A stretch of DNA of 64,000 nt from positions 4,558 to 68,557 of the forward strand of contig JBPCKD010000005.1 in the NCBI GenBank assembly GCA_051004635.1, given 5' to 3'. The notes under the pieces were generated by a model, which worked only from the letters and a program-made list of their open reading frames with translations, searched no databases and was not told where the DNA came from. This DNA comes from Pyrinomonadaceae bacterium (GTDB taxonomy: Bacteria > Acidobacteriota > Blastocatellia > Pyrinomonadales > Pyrinomonadaceae). A program made the translations under genes and the position numbers. Positions 34,858 through 44,779 of the stretch are shown piece after piece; the first letter of the stretch is position 1, and each line of letters begins with the position of its first letter.

Positions 34858-35457
34858 CTAAAACACTGCGACTCCGGTGCGATCCCAGGTCGAGAGTACG
34901 CTTCGCCTTCGCCCACTGCCTCCCCTATTGCTTGCTGCACTTCGCGCTCTGGCAACCTGCACGAGATTGAAAAGAGCCGGGCCACCTTCGTAGCCGACGT
35001 TACCCCAGGCGTCTACCCAGTAACGTCCGGGCAAGACGGGGCCCAGTTGCTTCAGGGCCATGACATCCAGTTTGTGTAACTGACGTCCGTTGATGAAGAC
35101 GCCCGTCCGCCCGCGCGAGGCATCGGCCCTCAACGGGCCGCCGAGGTTAAGGCCGGCAAGAGTGAGCCCGCGCATTGGCCCGCCTTCATTTCCCCACGCG
35201 CCGCAGAATGGGTCATACCAGTAACGACCGTTTGGAATATGCGTTCGATATTGCCGCTCATGGACACTTAGAGTGTAGTCGTCCAGACGCGTCCCATTCA
35301 CGACGACAGATCGGGCACCCGCGGAGGAAGCGCTTTGAGAAGAGACGTCTACAGCAGCAAACAAAAGAGTAATACCGCAGATCACAATGCGTATTGCACT
35401 TGGGGAGAGCCACACCGAACTGATAATTCTTGTGACCCTTTTCATTTCTACTTTCAT
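34858..35457 (-). CDS. hypothetical secreted protein with two RYW(Y/V)D...WG(N)EGGP repeats
   Basis: Signal/anchor sequence, then the internal duplication VVNGTRLDD...PNGRYWYDPFCGAWGNEGGPM and FINGRQLHK...LPGRYWVDAWGNVGYEGGPA. Confidence 0.6.
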   Translation of the reverse strand: MKVEMKRVTRIISSVWLSPSAIRIVICGITLLFAAVDVSSQSASSAGARSVVVNGTRLDDYTLSVHERQYRTHIPNGRYWYDPFCGAWGNEGGPMRGLTLAGLNLGGPLRADASRGRTGVFINGRQLHKLDVMALKQLGPVLPGRYWVDAWGNVGYEGGPALFNLVQVARARSAASNRGGSGRRRSVLSTWDRTGVAVF

Positions 35458-35654
35458 TTTCTCTCTCCTTTCTTGAAGTGACGATTGCGCGAGTGTTCTT
35501 ATTGGTTGACTTACAAGTATCGCATCCTCAGGCCGAAGTACAAACTGAATTGTACTGGCTGCCGCGCTGTTGTTGTCCTAGAATGAACCTCACTGTAGAC
35601 GGCTTTGATTGGCGCTTTCCTGAGGTCTTTTAACAATTTGTTCAGCAGCTTGTT

Positions 35655-35721
35655 TGGAGTGCCGCCTTTAGGCGGAGGTGTAGCACTCATAAGGCCATGT
35701 TGCCTAAAGGGCAGCACTCCA
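35655..35721. repeat. inverted pair of GGAGTGCCGCCTTTAGGCGG-type hairpin units (family F)
   Basis: 35655-35678 TGGAGTGCCGCCTTTAGGCGGAGG versus the reverse complement of 35699-35721 (TGGAGTGCTGCCCTTTAGGCAAC). A related single unit lies at 61077-61100. Confidence 0.55.
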
Positions 35722-35762
35722 CCCGTTACTCAAAATGCGAAGCGATGTACGACTATCGGAGA

Positions 35763-36536
35763 ATGACGAAGATTCGAGTAGTAATGGTCCTGGTAAGCCC
35801 GTTCTGGCTGCTGTTGGCAGCTTGTCAAAATCCGTCGGGCGGAACTACTCAGAATAATGAGCGAACGCAGAAAGTCACCCCCATGCCGATCGGTTCGCCG
35901 ATGATCACCGGACCGATCACCTACCTGGCCCTGGGCGACTCAACCGGCTCGGGGGTAGGCGCAAGCGAAGCCGGGGGTGGATATGTCGCGCGCCTATTCA
36001 AACGCATCGTCACGCACAGACCTGGTTCCAAATTAATCAATCTGTGTTTTAGCGGGGCGACGACATCCGACGTGCTCCGCGATCAGTTGGAATCCGGTGT
36101 GCGCGCAAATCCCCACCTTGTCACACTGGGCATCGGCATCAACGACATCGGTCATGGCCTGAGCCTTGAACAGTTCTCGAAAAACTACGAGGAGATTCTC
36201 GTGAGGCTCAAGAACAATACTCGAGCGACAATTATCGTCACCAACATTCCCGATATCTCGAGCGCGCCGCAGATTCCAGCCGGCATGCGCCACGAATATC
36301 ATCAGCTTATCGTCGAATTTAACCGAAGGCTCGCAGAGATTGCCGCGGCTCATGGGGTAATCGTGTTTGACATCTACACCGTCACCCACGAGCAGCTTCC
36401 CTCGCATCCGGAATACTTCTCCGATGACGGTTTTCATCCTTCGGACGAAGGCTACGAACTGTGGGCCGGGCGGATGTGGCCCACGATTGCCCAGACTATC
36501 GGTGTAAATGCAGAAGCGACTAGCATTTCACCATGA
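35763..36536 (+). CDS. SGNH/GDSL-family hydrolase lipoprotein
   Basis: Lipobox LLAAC. Block I is LALGDSTGSG (GDS), block III GINDI and block V DGFHPS. ATG at 35763 with GGAGA upstream. Confidence 0.85.
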   Translation: MTKIRVVMVLVSPFWLLLAACQNPSGGTTQNNERTQKVTPMPIGSPMITGPITYLALGDSTGSGVGASEAGGGYVARLFKRIVTHRPGSKLINLCFSGATTSDVLRDQLESGVRANPHLVTLGIGINDIGHGLSLEQFSKNYEEILVRLKNNTRATIIVTNIPDISSAPQIPAGMRHEYHQLIVEFNRRLAEIAAAHGVIVFDIYTVTHEQLPSHPEYFSDDGFHPSDEGYELWAGRMWPTIAQTIGVNAEATSISP

Positions 36537-36664
36537 ATGTATTCGGCTATAATCGCTCGCCGTGAACCTATAGCGTCCACATCGCTTATGCCACCGTGGC
36601 GAGGCCCGACGGAGGCATATCCCTGACCAGGTTGCGGGTAGCAATCCACTAAGAGAAAAAAACC

Positions 36665-38818
36665 ATGAGAGACCTGATTCGATCCTTGTGCGGCGTGGCG
36701 CTTCTCATCTGCTTTACGATTAATGCGACGGCACAAAACACTAACGCTCCGCGCGGCATCACGCCGGAAGATTACTACTCATTCGAATTCGCGACCGACC
36801 CACGTATCTCACCGGACGGAAAGCTGGTGGCGTACGTCGTGACCAGGGTGGATCGCGCACAGAATCGTCGTCACTCATCCATCTGGATGGTAGCGACGGA
36901 CGGGAGCCGCGCACCCTGGCAGTTCACCACCAGTCCGCAAAATTCGAACTCGCCGCGTTGGAGTCCGGATGGGAATTGGCTGGCGTTTCTTTCTTCGCGC
37001 CCGTCGGCTGATTCCGCGCCGCCGCCGCCGGTTTCATCACCATCGCCGAGTCCTGCCGAGGGCCCAACGCCAGCTCCCGCGGCAGGCGCGGCCTCAGGTG
37101 CGGGCCCTGCAGACCAACCACGAGCACAGGTTTACTTGTTGTCCATGAATGGCGGCGAAGCAAAGCGTCTGACGAATTTGAAGAACGGCGTGAGCATTTT
37201 TCAGTGGTCGCCGGATGGCGCGCGCCTGGTGGTGGTCAGCCGTATTGGGCCGAGTGACAGCCGTCCTGAAAGCCGCGATCGCAGCGACGTCCGCCATTAC
37301 AAAAACACATCCTACAAATTCAACGACACCGGTTGGTTCGACGACCGGCGCTCGCATTTTTGGATGGTCGATGCGAAGTCGGGTAGCGCCAGGCAAATTA
37401 CTGAAGGCAATGATTGGAACGACAGCGACCCGCAATGGTCGCCCGACGGCACGCGCATCGCCTTCGTCTCGAATCGCACTGGAAAAGCGTTCGACGAAAA
37501 CCGTAACAGCGACGTTTGGGTAATATCGGCCGAAGGTGGAACGCTGACGAAAATCTCCGACCATGATGAAGCAGACAACAGTCCGCGCTGGTCGCCTGAC
37601 GGAAAATGGATCGCTTTTACCGGCGAGGTTCATGAGCGCGATCACCCGAAGATATGGCTCGCACCACCAACAGGTGGCACGGCGCCGGTGCTGGCGGCCA
37701 ATGGACTCGACCTGATGCCCGACGGCCTGGAATGGTCAGCGGACGGCAAATCACTCTTTTTCGAGTCTGGTGTGAAAGGCGAGATTCATCTCTTTCGGAT
37801 CGACGTGGCTAAGAAGTCGATCGAGCAAGTCTCGTCCGGGCCACGCGCAGTGCGTAATGTCGATTTCAATTGGCGCACAAAGTCGATGGTATACCTGGCG
37901 AACGACTTCAAACATCTCGACGACCTTTACGTTTCGGACTTGAACGGTAAGAACGAGCGCAAGCTATCGAATCTCAACGAAGCGTTATGGAAGCAACTCA
38001 AGCTCGCCGGCGTTGAGCGCTTCACTTACAAGAGCGCTGACGATTGGGACATTGATGCGTTTTTTGTGAAACCGATCGGATTCCAGGAAGGCAAGAAGTA
38101 TCCAATGATTCTCACGATTCACGGCGGGCCGGCGAGCATGTATGGGGTTGATTGGTTTCACGAATTTCAGGGCTATGCAGCGAAGGGATACGCCGTGCTG
38201 TTCACCAATCCGCGCGGCTCCACCGGCTATGGCCAAAAGTTCGAACGGGCTATCGTCAACGAGTGGGGTGGAAAGGACTACATCGACATCATGAACGGCG
38301 TTGATGCGGCGCTGAAGCGTTATCCTTGGATCGACGCGGATCGAATGGGAGTTACGGGCGGCAGCTACGGCGGTTACATGACCAACTGGATCGTCGGTCA
38401 CACCGATCGTTTCAAAGCCGCCGTCACGCTGCGCAGCGTGGTGAACTTCATCTCAGACGAAGGTACGCGCGATGGAGCCTACGGTCACGCGCCCGACTTT
38501 AGCGGCGATCTATTTGAACGATTCGATTTCTACTGGGACCGCTCTCCTTTGAAGTACGCTAAGAACGTCAAGACCCCAACGCTCATACTTCATTCCGACA
38601 ACGACTTCCGCGTGCCGCTCGAGCAGGGCGAGCAATGGTTTCGAGCTTTGAGACATTTTGGTGTGACGACTGAAATCGTGATGTTCCCGCGCGAGAACCA
38701 CAACCTCACGCGCACGGGCGAGCCGAAACATCTGGTGGAGAGTTTGAACTGGCAGCTTTACTGGTTCGATCGTTTTGTTAACGGGAACGCCAACGCGATC
38801 CCGCCCAATATGAAGTGA
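36665..38818 (+). CDS. S9-family serine peptidase (acylaminoacyl-peptidase / dipeptidyl-peptidase type)
   Basis: Signal peptide and an N-terminal PD40/TolB-like propeller repeats (SPRWSPDG x several). The C-terminal alpha/beta hydrolase has the nucleophile motif GGSYGGYM plus Asp/His regions. A P/S/A-rich insert is encoded at about 37010-37120. Confidence 0.9.
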   Translation: MRDLIRSLCGVALLICFTINATAQNTNAPRGITPEDYYSFEFATDPRISPDGKLVAYVVTRVDRAQNRRHSSIWMVATDGSRAPWQFTTSPQNSNSPRWSPDGNWLAFLSSRPSADSAPPPPVSSPSPSPAEGPTPAPAAGAASGAGPADQPRAQVYLLSMNGGEAKRLTNLKNGVSIFQWSPDGARLVVVSRIGPSDSRPESRDRSDVRHYKNTSYKFNDTGWFDDRRSHFWMVDAKSGSARQITEGNDWNDSDPQWSPDGTRIAFVSNRTGKAFDENRNSDVWVISAEGGTLTKISDHDEADNSPRWSPDGKWIAFTGEVHERDHPKIWLAPPTGGTAPVLAANGLDLMPDGLEWSADGKSLFFESGVKGEIHLFRIDVAKKSIEQVSSGPRAVRNVDFNWRTKSMVYLANDFKHLDDLYVSDLNGKNERKLSNLNEALWKQLKLAGVERFTYKSADDWDIDAFFVKPIGFQEGKKYPMILTIHGGPASMYGVDWFHEFQGYAAKGYAVLFTNPRGSTGYGQKFERAIVNEWGGKDYIDIMNGVDAALKRYPWIDADRMGVTGGSYGGYMTNWIVGHTDRFKAAVTLRSVVNFISDEGTRDGAYGHAPDFSGDLFERFDFYWDRSPLKYAKNVKTPTLILHSDNDFRVPLEQGEQWFRALRHFGVTTEIVMFPRENHNLTRTGEPKHLVESLNWQLYWFDRFVNGNANAIPPNMK

Positions 38819-38997
38819 GTGTAGCCAGGCTAATAAGCGGACAAACACGGCCAGCGCTTTCTCTTCGTCAGCGGGATGGCAGAAAGTGCACCATCGTCGT
38901 TGGCGGTCGTGATCAACTGGACGGCGGACGTGAAAAAGTAGGTATGGCCTATCGCGCTCGGGAAGCATTAACCCACGCGTGCAGCCGCTGGGGAAAG

Positions 38998-41970
38998 CTA
39001 CTTCTTTTCGGGAAACAGGGTCACCTTCAGGAAAGCATTTGTGTTGAGATACGTCTTCGCCGCTTGCTGAATCGTCGCCGCATCGAGCTTCTTGTAAAAC
39101 TCCGGGATACGCCAGACCGCTGCTGGATCTTCGCCATGCTGGTACCTGAGCGAGATCTGATTCAGCAGATAATTGTTCGTTTTGCTGTTGGTCTCAAACT
39201 CCCGCCCCAGTGCTTCCTTCTCGTCGTTAACCTGCTTCTCCGTCGGGCCATTCGTTTTCAACAGCTCGATCTCCTGAAAGACCCGCTTGATCAAATCCTC
39301 CGTGCGTTCCGGGGCGGATCCGAACTGGATCGTGATGGAGTATTCCGGAAAGGGAATCTGCTGGTAGCTCGCCCTCGCCGTGATGCTATAGGTCCCGCCC
39401 AACTCCTCACGGATCGTCTCAAGCAATCTCGTCTGTAGTATCTCCGTCATGGCTCGGATGGCGACACGGTGCGCCTGGTCATACTCAAACGGTCCGCTGA
39501 ACACAATCGCAGCCTGACTCTTAGGCTCGATGCCTTTCTCGACTTTCTTCTCGACGATGCCCTTAGGCGTCCGCGCCCCGACATCCTTCCACGCCTCTTT
39601 CCGGCGGATGGACGGCAGCGCACCCAGATAACGCTCGACAAGCGGCTTGATCGTCGGCAGATCAAAGCTGCCAACGAAAACGAAAGTGAAGTCACTCGCA
39701 TCCGCAAAACGATCCTTGTAGAACGCCAGTGACTTGTCGAGATTCCATTCTTCGACCGTAGCTGCTGTCTGCATACGTCTTCTGAGGTGATTCTGATACC
39801 TCGTCGTCATGAGCGTCTCGAAAAAGGCAAACTCGGGGACTGCCGTCTGGTTCGCCAACATCGTCTTCGTCTGTGCGGCCTGCACGCTGAAAGCGGTGGC
39901 ATCGGACCTGGGCTGCACGAACCTGAGATAGATGAGCTGGAACATCGTCTCGAGATCCTTGCGAGAGCTGCCTCCGGTCAAACCCTCTTCGAGCTCAGCG
40001 ATAAAAGGACCCGCCGACGCGACTTTTCCGGTCATGAATTTCCGCAGATCGATGGCGCTGAACTTGCCCACACCGCCGGCGGTGATGACTTGCGTCGCGG
40101 TGCTGGCCGGGATGTAGTCCTTGTCGCTGGCGAGTGACGTGCCGCCGGGACTGGTGGCGCGAAACACAATTTCATCCGCCCTGAACGTCGTCGGCTTAAG
40201 TACAACCTTCACGCCGTTGGACAGTTCCCACTCCGTGATATCTACGGCCTCCTTCGTCGCGGTTTTGGCAATCGTGCCCGGCGCGGGGATTGACTCGAGC
40301 AGCGCTGCCGCGCCGACCGTATCCACGTAGGGTTTCAACTCCTTCGCCGACGCGGCCTTGATCACGCCCGCCAGCTTCGGCTCATCCGGGATTACCAGAC
40401 CGCTCTTGTCCGGAGCTCTGACGACGACCAGCCGGTTTCGATCGAGGAACCATTCCTTGGCGAGTTTATTGATCTCGTCGAGGGTGATCTCAGGCACGAA
40501 GCGTTTGTGCAGCGCATACTCGTCGTCTGGGCCGGGCAGAGTTTCGTTGGCGACAAAGTTTCGGACGTACTCATTAGCGCGGCTGGCGGACAAAGTGTTG
40601 TCCTTCTCGATCGCCAGGCGCTCGTAGTTCAGCAACACACTCTGTTTCTGCCGGTCCAACTCGGTGGCGGTGAAGCCGAAACGCGTGACCCGTTCGGCCT
40701 CGCCCAGCAATGCATCCAACCCTCGCTCTATGGCATCTTCCTTGACTTGGGCAAAGAGCGTAGCTTGTTCCCTGGTGCGCGCCAGGAACAACCCGCGGCC
40801 CACGCCGGCGAATATGAATGGTGAATCGGGTTTCTGTGCGAGTTCAGAAAACCGGGCGGAAAGCATGCCGGAAAACAAACGGTCAACGGTCTTTTGGCGA
40901 TAGGCGCCGACGGTTCCCTGCTGGCGCGCCGGCAGGATGTTATTAACCTCGATGATGGTCGAGGTCATTTCCTTGTCGGTCGCAATCGCGTAGTTCGTGC
41001 CCGGATGGTCCGTTACGTCATAGGTGGGTCGAGGACGCGGTTTGTCCGCCGCTGGAATCGAGGCGAAGTGGGCCGTAATCATCTTCTCCATCGCAGCCTT
41101 GTCGAAGTCGCCCACAGCCACCACGGCCATCAGATCAGGCCGGTACCAATCCGCATAGAATTTCTTCAAACGATCGGGCTTGGCGCCCTGGATAATCTCA
41201 GGCTTGCCGATCGGCAGCCGGTCGGCATAGCGCGAGCCCTTGAGCATGATGGGAAATATTTTGTCGAGCATTCGTGCGCCGGCGCCGCGACGTGTCCGCC
41301 ATTCTTCCATGACGACTCCACGCTCTTTGTCAATTTCGGTTGGATCGAAGGTGACGTTGCGCGCCCAGTCTTCAAGGACCAGCAGCGCCCGATCCATCAT
41401 CTCAGGCTTGTCGGTCGGGACCTGGAGCATATAGACCGTCTCGTCAAAGCTCGTGTAGGCGTTCAGATCTGCGCCGAAACGCATTCCAAGCGACTCGATG
41501 AATGACACAAGCTCGTGCTTGGGAAAATGTTGCGTGCCATTAAAGGCCATGTGCTCGACAAAATGTGCCAACCCCTGCTGATCGTCGTCTTCAAGAATTG
41601 ACCCGGCCTTGATCACGAGCCGGAGCTCCGCGCGCTTTTCTGGTTTCTTGTTGGCGCGAATGTAGTAGCGCAACCCATTCGCGAATTTGCCAATAGTGAT
41701 CTGCGGGTCCACGGGCATCTGCTCCGTAGACTTCGCAGACTGACCCTGGACCGTCGCGGCCTGCTGTTGGGCTACTGCCGCGGACAGAGCCGTGATCGTT
41801 TTGGCGGCCTGTTGCTGCCCGAGCGCCGTGGAGTGACCCGCCATCGTTTCGGCGGCCTGTTGCTGTATGAGTATTGTTGCGGCCTGCTGCTGCGCGCCCA
41901 TCAGGCAAATCACAGCCACGATGGCTGCCAGCAGGAGCATCATCCGTTTACGAGTACGAGTTATTAACAT
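38998..41970 (-). CDS. M16-family (pitrilysin/insulinase-like) zinc peptidase, double-module
   Basis: Inverted zinc motif HFVEHMAFNG (HxxEH). Two M16 plus M16_C-like halves. Start set at the ATG at 41970 with RBS GGAGG (41976-41980); the ORF track extends to 42048. Confidence 0.9.
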   Translation of the reverse strand: MLITRTRKRMMLLLAAIVAVICLMGAQQQAATILIQQQAAETMAGHSTALGQQQAAKTITALSAAVAQQQAATVQGQSAKSTEQMPVDPQITIGKFANGLRYYIRANKKPEKRAELRLVIKAGSILEDDDQQGLAHFVEHMAFNGTQHFPKHELVSFIESLGMRFGADLNAYTSFDETVYMLQVPTDKPEMMDRALLVLEDWARNVTFDPTEIDKERGVVMEEWRTRRGAGARMLDKIFPIMLKGSRYADRLPIGKPEIIQGAKPDRLKKFYADWYRPDLMAVVAVGDFDKAAMEKMITAHFASIPAADKPRPRPTYDVTDHPGTNYAIATDKEMTSTIIEVNNILPARQQGTVGAYRQKTVDRLFSGMLSARFSELAQKPDSPFIFAGVGRGLFLARTREQATLFAQVKEDAIERGLDALLGEAERVTRFGFTATELDRQKQSVLLNYERLAIEKDNTLSASRANEYVRNFVANETLPGPDDEYALHKRFVPEITLDEINKLAKEWFLDRNRLVVVRAPDKSGLVIPDEPKLAGVIKAASAKELKPYVDTVGAAALLESIPAPGTIAKTATKEAVDITEWELSNGVKVVLKPTTFRADEIVFRATSPGGTSLASDKDYIPASTATQVITAGGVGKFSAIDLRKFMTGKVASAGPFIAELEEGLTGGSSRKDLETMFQLIYLRFVQPRSDATAFSVQAAQTKTMLANQTAVPEFAFFETLMTTRYQNHLRRRMQTAATVEEWNLDKSLAFYKDRFADASDFTFVFVGSFDLPTIKPLVERYLGALPSIRRKEAWKDVGARTPKGIVEKKVEKGIEPKSQAAIVFSGPFEYDQAHRVAIRAMTEILQTRLLETIREELGGTYSITARASYQQIPFPEYSITIQFGSAPERTEDLIKRVFQEIELLKTNGPTEKQVNDEKEALGREFETNSKTNNYLLNQISLRYQHGEDPAAVWRIPEFYKKLDAATIQQAAKTYLNTNAFLKVTLFPEKK

Positions 41971-42199
41971 CGGGTCCTCCAGAAGGTGTGAGTCGGTATT
42001 GACTTCGTCCCTTGCAGCAGTTCGGCAATCATTAGCGGCAGCGGACACTCATTTGCGAGCGGCAGACAATACTTTTTCTTGATCCGAATGCGGGCGATGT
42101 GGGGAGGCCCGGATTGTATGTCGGGGGTCAACCCGCGTCAAGGAAAGCTAGTCTGAGGGGTGGGGTATGACGGCCCAAATCCGTATGACTAAAGCATTG

Positions 42200-42305
42200 G
42201 TTCCTGTTGCTTCGTGAGATTTCGTGTAATTTTGTGGATCGTGTGTTTAGGATTCGGAGCCATACGATCCACGAAATCACACTAAGCTACGCGAAGGAAC
42301 ACGAA
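42200..42305. repeat. family-A palindromic repeat, tail-to-tail arrangement
   Basis: ...TTCGTGTAATTTTGTGGATCGT (ending at 42242), a 21-nt spacer, then ACGATCCACGAAATCACACTA... (from 42264). The half-units match those at 8416-8485 but occur in the opposite order. Confidence 0.75.
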
Positions 42306-42359
42306 ATAAGAGTTTTTGTGCAAGGCCCCGTAGGCCTTCGTCGATCTGCCAAGGCATAG

Positions 42360-43856
42360 TTACCACCAACCCAACAACTTCCACCAGGCAAGCCCGAACA
42401 CCGTCCAGATTAGAATGTTTGTGACAGAGGCGACGAAGCCCAGGTACCACCAGGTGCGTTGCTTCACATAACCTGCGCCAAACCAGATGGGAGCGGGAGT
42501 AGTGCCATAGTGAGTCAGAGAGGCGCTGAGATTTGAGAAGTAGGCCAGCATGAGAACCGCCAGAGCGGGAGGCGCGCCGGCCGCAATGATTACTACCAGA
42601 AACGGGATGTACATCGCAGAGACGTGAGCTGTGATTGAGGCAAAGCCGTAGTGCGCGTAAAAATATACGAGCAGCAAGATCGCCAACGCGGCCGCCCAAT
42701 GCCAACCCACGGTGAAGCTGGCAGCAGACTCCGCGAAGCGTTTAGTAATCCCGGTCTCCCCGAGTGCCTCAGCCATCCTTACGAGTCCGCCATACCAAAT
42801 AAACACATCCCACGCGCCTCGTTCGGTGATAACGTCTTCCCATTCGAGCACTCCAGTCAGCAGCAGCACGCAGATACCCACCATCGCTACCACTGCGTAG
42901 TTGATTCCATGAAACGCCGTCGTCATCCAAAGGGTGGCCACAAGTGCGAACACAAACAGCATCAACCTCTCGTGACGCGAAGTTGGTCCCATCTGATTCA
43001 GCTCGCGTCGGGCAAACTCCGCTGCTTCAGGTGTGCGCTTAATTACGGGCGGGAATAACTTGTAGATCAGCGCCGGCACGACCAGCAGCGAAACGAGTCC
43101 CGGGACAATCGCGCCAATGGCCCAACGCGCGTAAGTGAGTTCAATCCCGGTCGCCTCCTTCGCAAACTTTGCGATGATGACGTTAGAGGCCTGTCCAGTG
43201 AGAAACATCGCGCAGATGATCACATCACACTGATAGAGAAGTGTCGTCAGAAAAGCGCCCAGACGCCGTGCGGTGGGACCGGGCCGCGAATCGTAGGTTT
43301 CGGCGATGGACTTGGCGATGGGGAAGATGATGCCGCCGGAGCGAGCGCCGGTCGACGGAATGATCGTGGCCAGCAACATGTCAGTGGAGATCAGTGAATA
43401 GCCCAGCCCAAGGGAACGCCGCCCAATTGCTTTCACAAAGAGGAGAGCGATGCGCCTGCCCAAGCCTGTCTTGATCATGCCGCGCGAGATGAAAAATGCC
43501 GCCAGGACCAACCAGACAATCGGGTCGGCATAGCCGCGCAAGGCCTCGACGGGCGTTAGAGTCCCCGTGAGCATAATCGCAGTGATGCCGAGCAGGACGA
43601 TGGCGCCGCCGGGAATAGGGCGCACGATCGCGCCCACGATCGTGGCGACGAAGATTGCGAGCAGCCTCCAGGATCGAGGGGTTATTCCTTCGGGTGTCGG
43701 CAGGAGCAGGACCACGAGAGCGGAGCCGATAACCACGGCCCATTTCAAGGCGATCATGCGAGGCGATTCACCATCGTGAGGCTGTGCGACGTCGGGTCCA
43801 GGATCCGAAGGCTCAGAGGCAGCATCCGACGGCGGGGGAAGTTTCTTATCAGTCAT
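42360..43856 (-). CDS. DASS/SLC13-family anion:sodium symporter
   Basis: About 12 or more hydrophobic helices with duplicated hairpin-type motifs (STGARSGGIIFPIA; SNLSASLTHYGTTPAP), typical of divalent anion:Na+ symporters. Confidence 0.8.
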   Translation of the reverse strand: MTDKKLPPPSDAASEPSDPGPDVAQPHDGESPRMIALKWAVVIGSALVVLLLPTPEGITPRSWRLLAIFVATIVGAIVRPIPGGAIVLLGITAIMLTGTLTPVEALRGYADPIVWLVLAAFFISRGMIKTGLGRRIALLFVKAIGRRSLGLGYSLISTDMLLATIIPSTGARSGGIIFPIAKSIAETYDSRPGPTARRLGAFLTTLLYQCDVIICAMFLTGQASNVIIAKFAKEATGIELTYARWAIGAIVPGLVSLLVVPALIYKLFPPVIKRTPEAAEFARRELNQMGPTSRHERLMLFVFALVATLWMTTAFHGINYAVVAMVGICVLLLTGVLEWEDVITERGAWDVFIWYGGLVRMAEALGETGITKRFAESAASFTVGWHWAAALAILLLVYFYAHYGFASITAHVSAMYIPFLVVIIAAGAPPALAVLMLAYFSNLSASLTHYGTTPAPIWFGAGYVKQRTWWYLGFVASVTNILIWTVFGLAWWKLLGWW

Positions 43857-44047
43857 CCTGGGTGTTGGCTTGGCTTGTCACAGGCTTTCCCGTCCGTCAT
43901 CCTCAATGGTCGGACAGGTTGTAGACCGCTCGGGAATTTATCACATCGGGGCGCGTCGCTGTTCGGTTCTTTTAGACCCGAATCGGATAGCGGTGCTACA
44001 ATTCTGCCGCGTTCACCTCATCTTGGACTGCAAGCGCGAGGCACGTT

Positions 44048-44374
44048 ATGGAAAAGACTTACGTCGAACAACGCGAAGGTGGCTACTGGATTAGCAACAC
44101 TCGAATTTCGCTCGACTCCATTGTCCATGCGTTCAAGCGGGGCGCAGCGCCTGAGTCGATAAAGCGCTCTTTCCCGCTGCTAAGCCTCGAAGAGATTTAC
44201 GGCGCGATCACCTTCTATCTTTCTCATGAGCAGGAGATTGACTCCTACTTATCGCAAGCCGAAACCCAACTCGACCCTGAGTCTGAAGCGCGTAACGCCC
44301 AGGCCCGCGCGGCGAATCCCGAACTATTTGATCGACTTGAGAAGGCTCGTCAGGAACGCAACGCTCCCAGATGA
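44048..44374 (+). CDS. DUF433 antitoxin-like protein
   Basis: GGYWISNTRISLDSIVHAFKRGAAPESIKRSFPLLSLEEIYGAITFYL fits the DUF433 pattern. Overlaps the next gene by 4 nt. Confidence 0.75.
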   Translation: MEKTYVEQREGGYWISNTRISLDSIVHAFKRGAAPESIKRSFPLLSLEEIYGAITFYLSHEQEIDSYLSQAETQLDPESEARNAQARAANPELFDRLEKARQERNAPR

Positions 44375-44721
44375 AAGTGCGCTTTCAGGCAGACGCCGAT
44401 CTGAACGAAGATATCGCAGCGGGACTCGTTCGGCGGGAACCTCTCATAGATTTCCGGACCGCAGAGGAGGCCAACTTGCGTGGCTTGCCGGATCCGCAAG
44501 TGTTGGCTGTTGCTGCCCAGGAAAATCGAATTCTAATCACTCACGATCGCCGTACGATGCCGCGCCACTTTGCAGACCTCATCGTTAACCAGAGAAGCCC
44601 TGGAGTGGTGATCATTGCCCAGAAGGTTAATGTTGGCGTAGCGATTGAAGAGTTGCTGTTAATCTGGGCAGCCTCAGACGCCGAGGAGTGGCTCAACCTA
44701 ATCGTCGACCTCCCTCTCTGA
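44371..44721 (+). CDS. DUF5615-family PIN-like toxin
   Basis: MKVRFQADADLNEDI...LPDPQVLAVAAQENRILITHDRR is the typical DUF5615 (Mut7-C-like) layout. It is translationally coupled to the DUF433 gene. Confidence 0.75.
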   Translation: MKVRFQADADLNEDIAAGLVRREPLIDFRTAEEANLRGLPDPQVLAVAAQENRILITHDRRTMPRHFADLIVNQRSPGVVIIAQKVNVGVAIEELLLIWAASDAEEWLNLIVDLPL

Positions 44722-44779
44722 CTGGCAACTTAAAGTAGCGACATGATCTAAGGACGACAGTCTCTTAGCCCCACATCCT

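Noticed and set aside
38815-41505. Several plus-strand ORFs (207 aa, 203 aa and others)
   Set aside because: All lie antisense inside the M16 peptidase gene.
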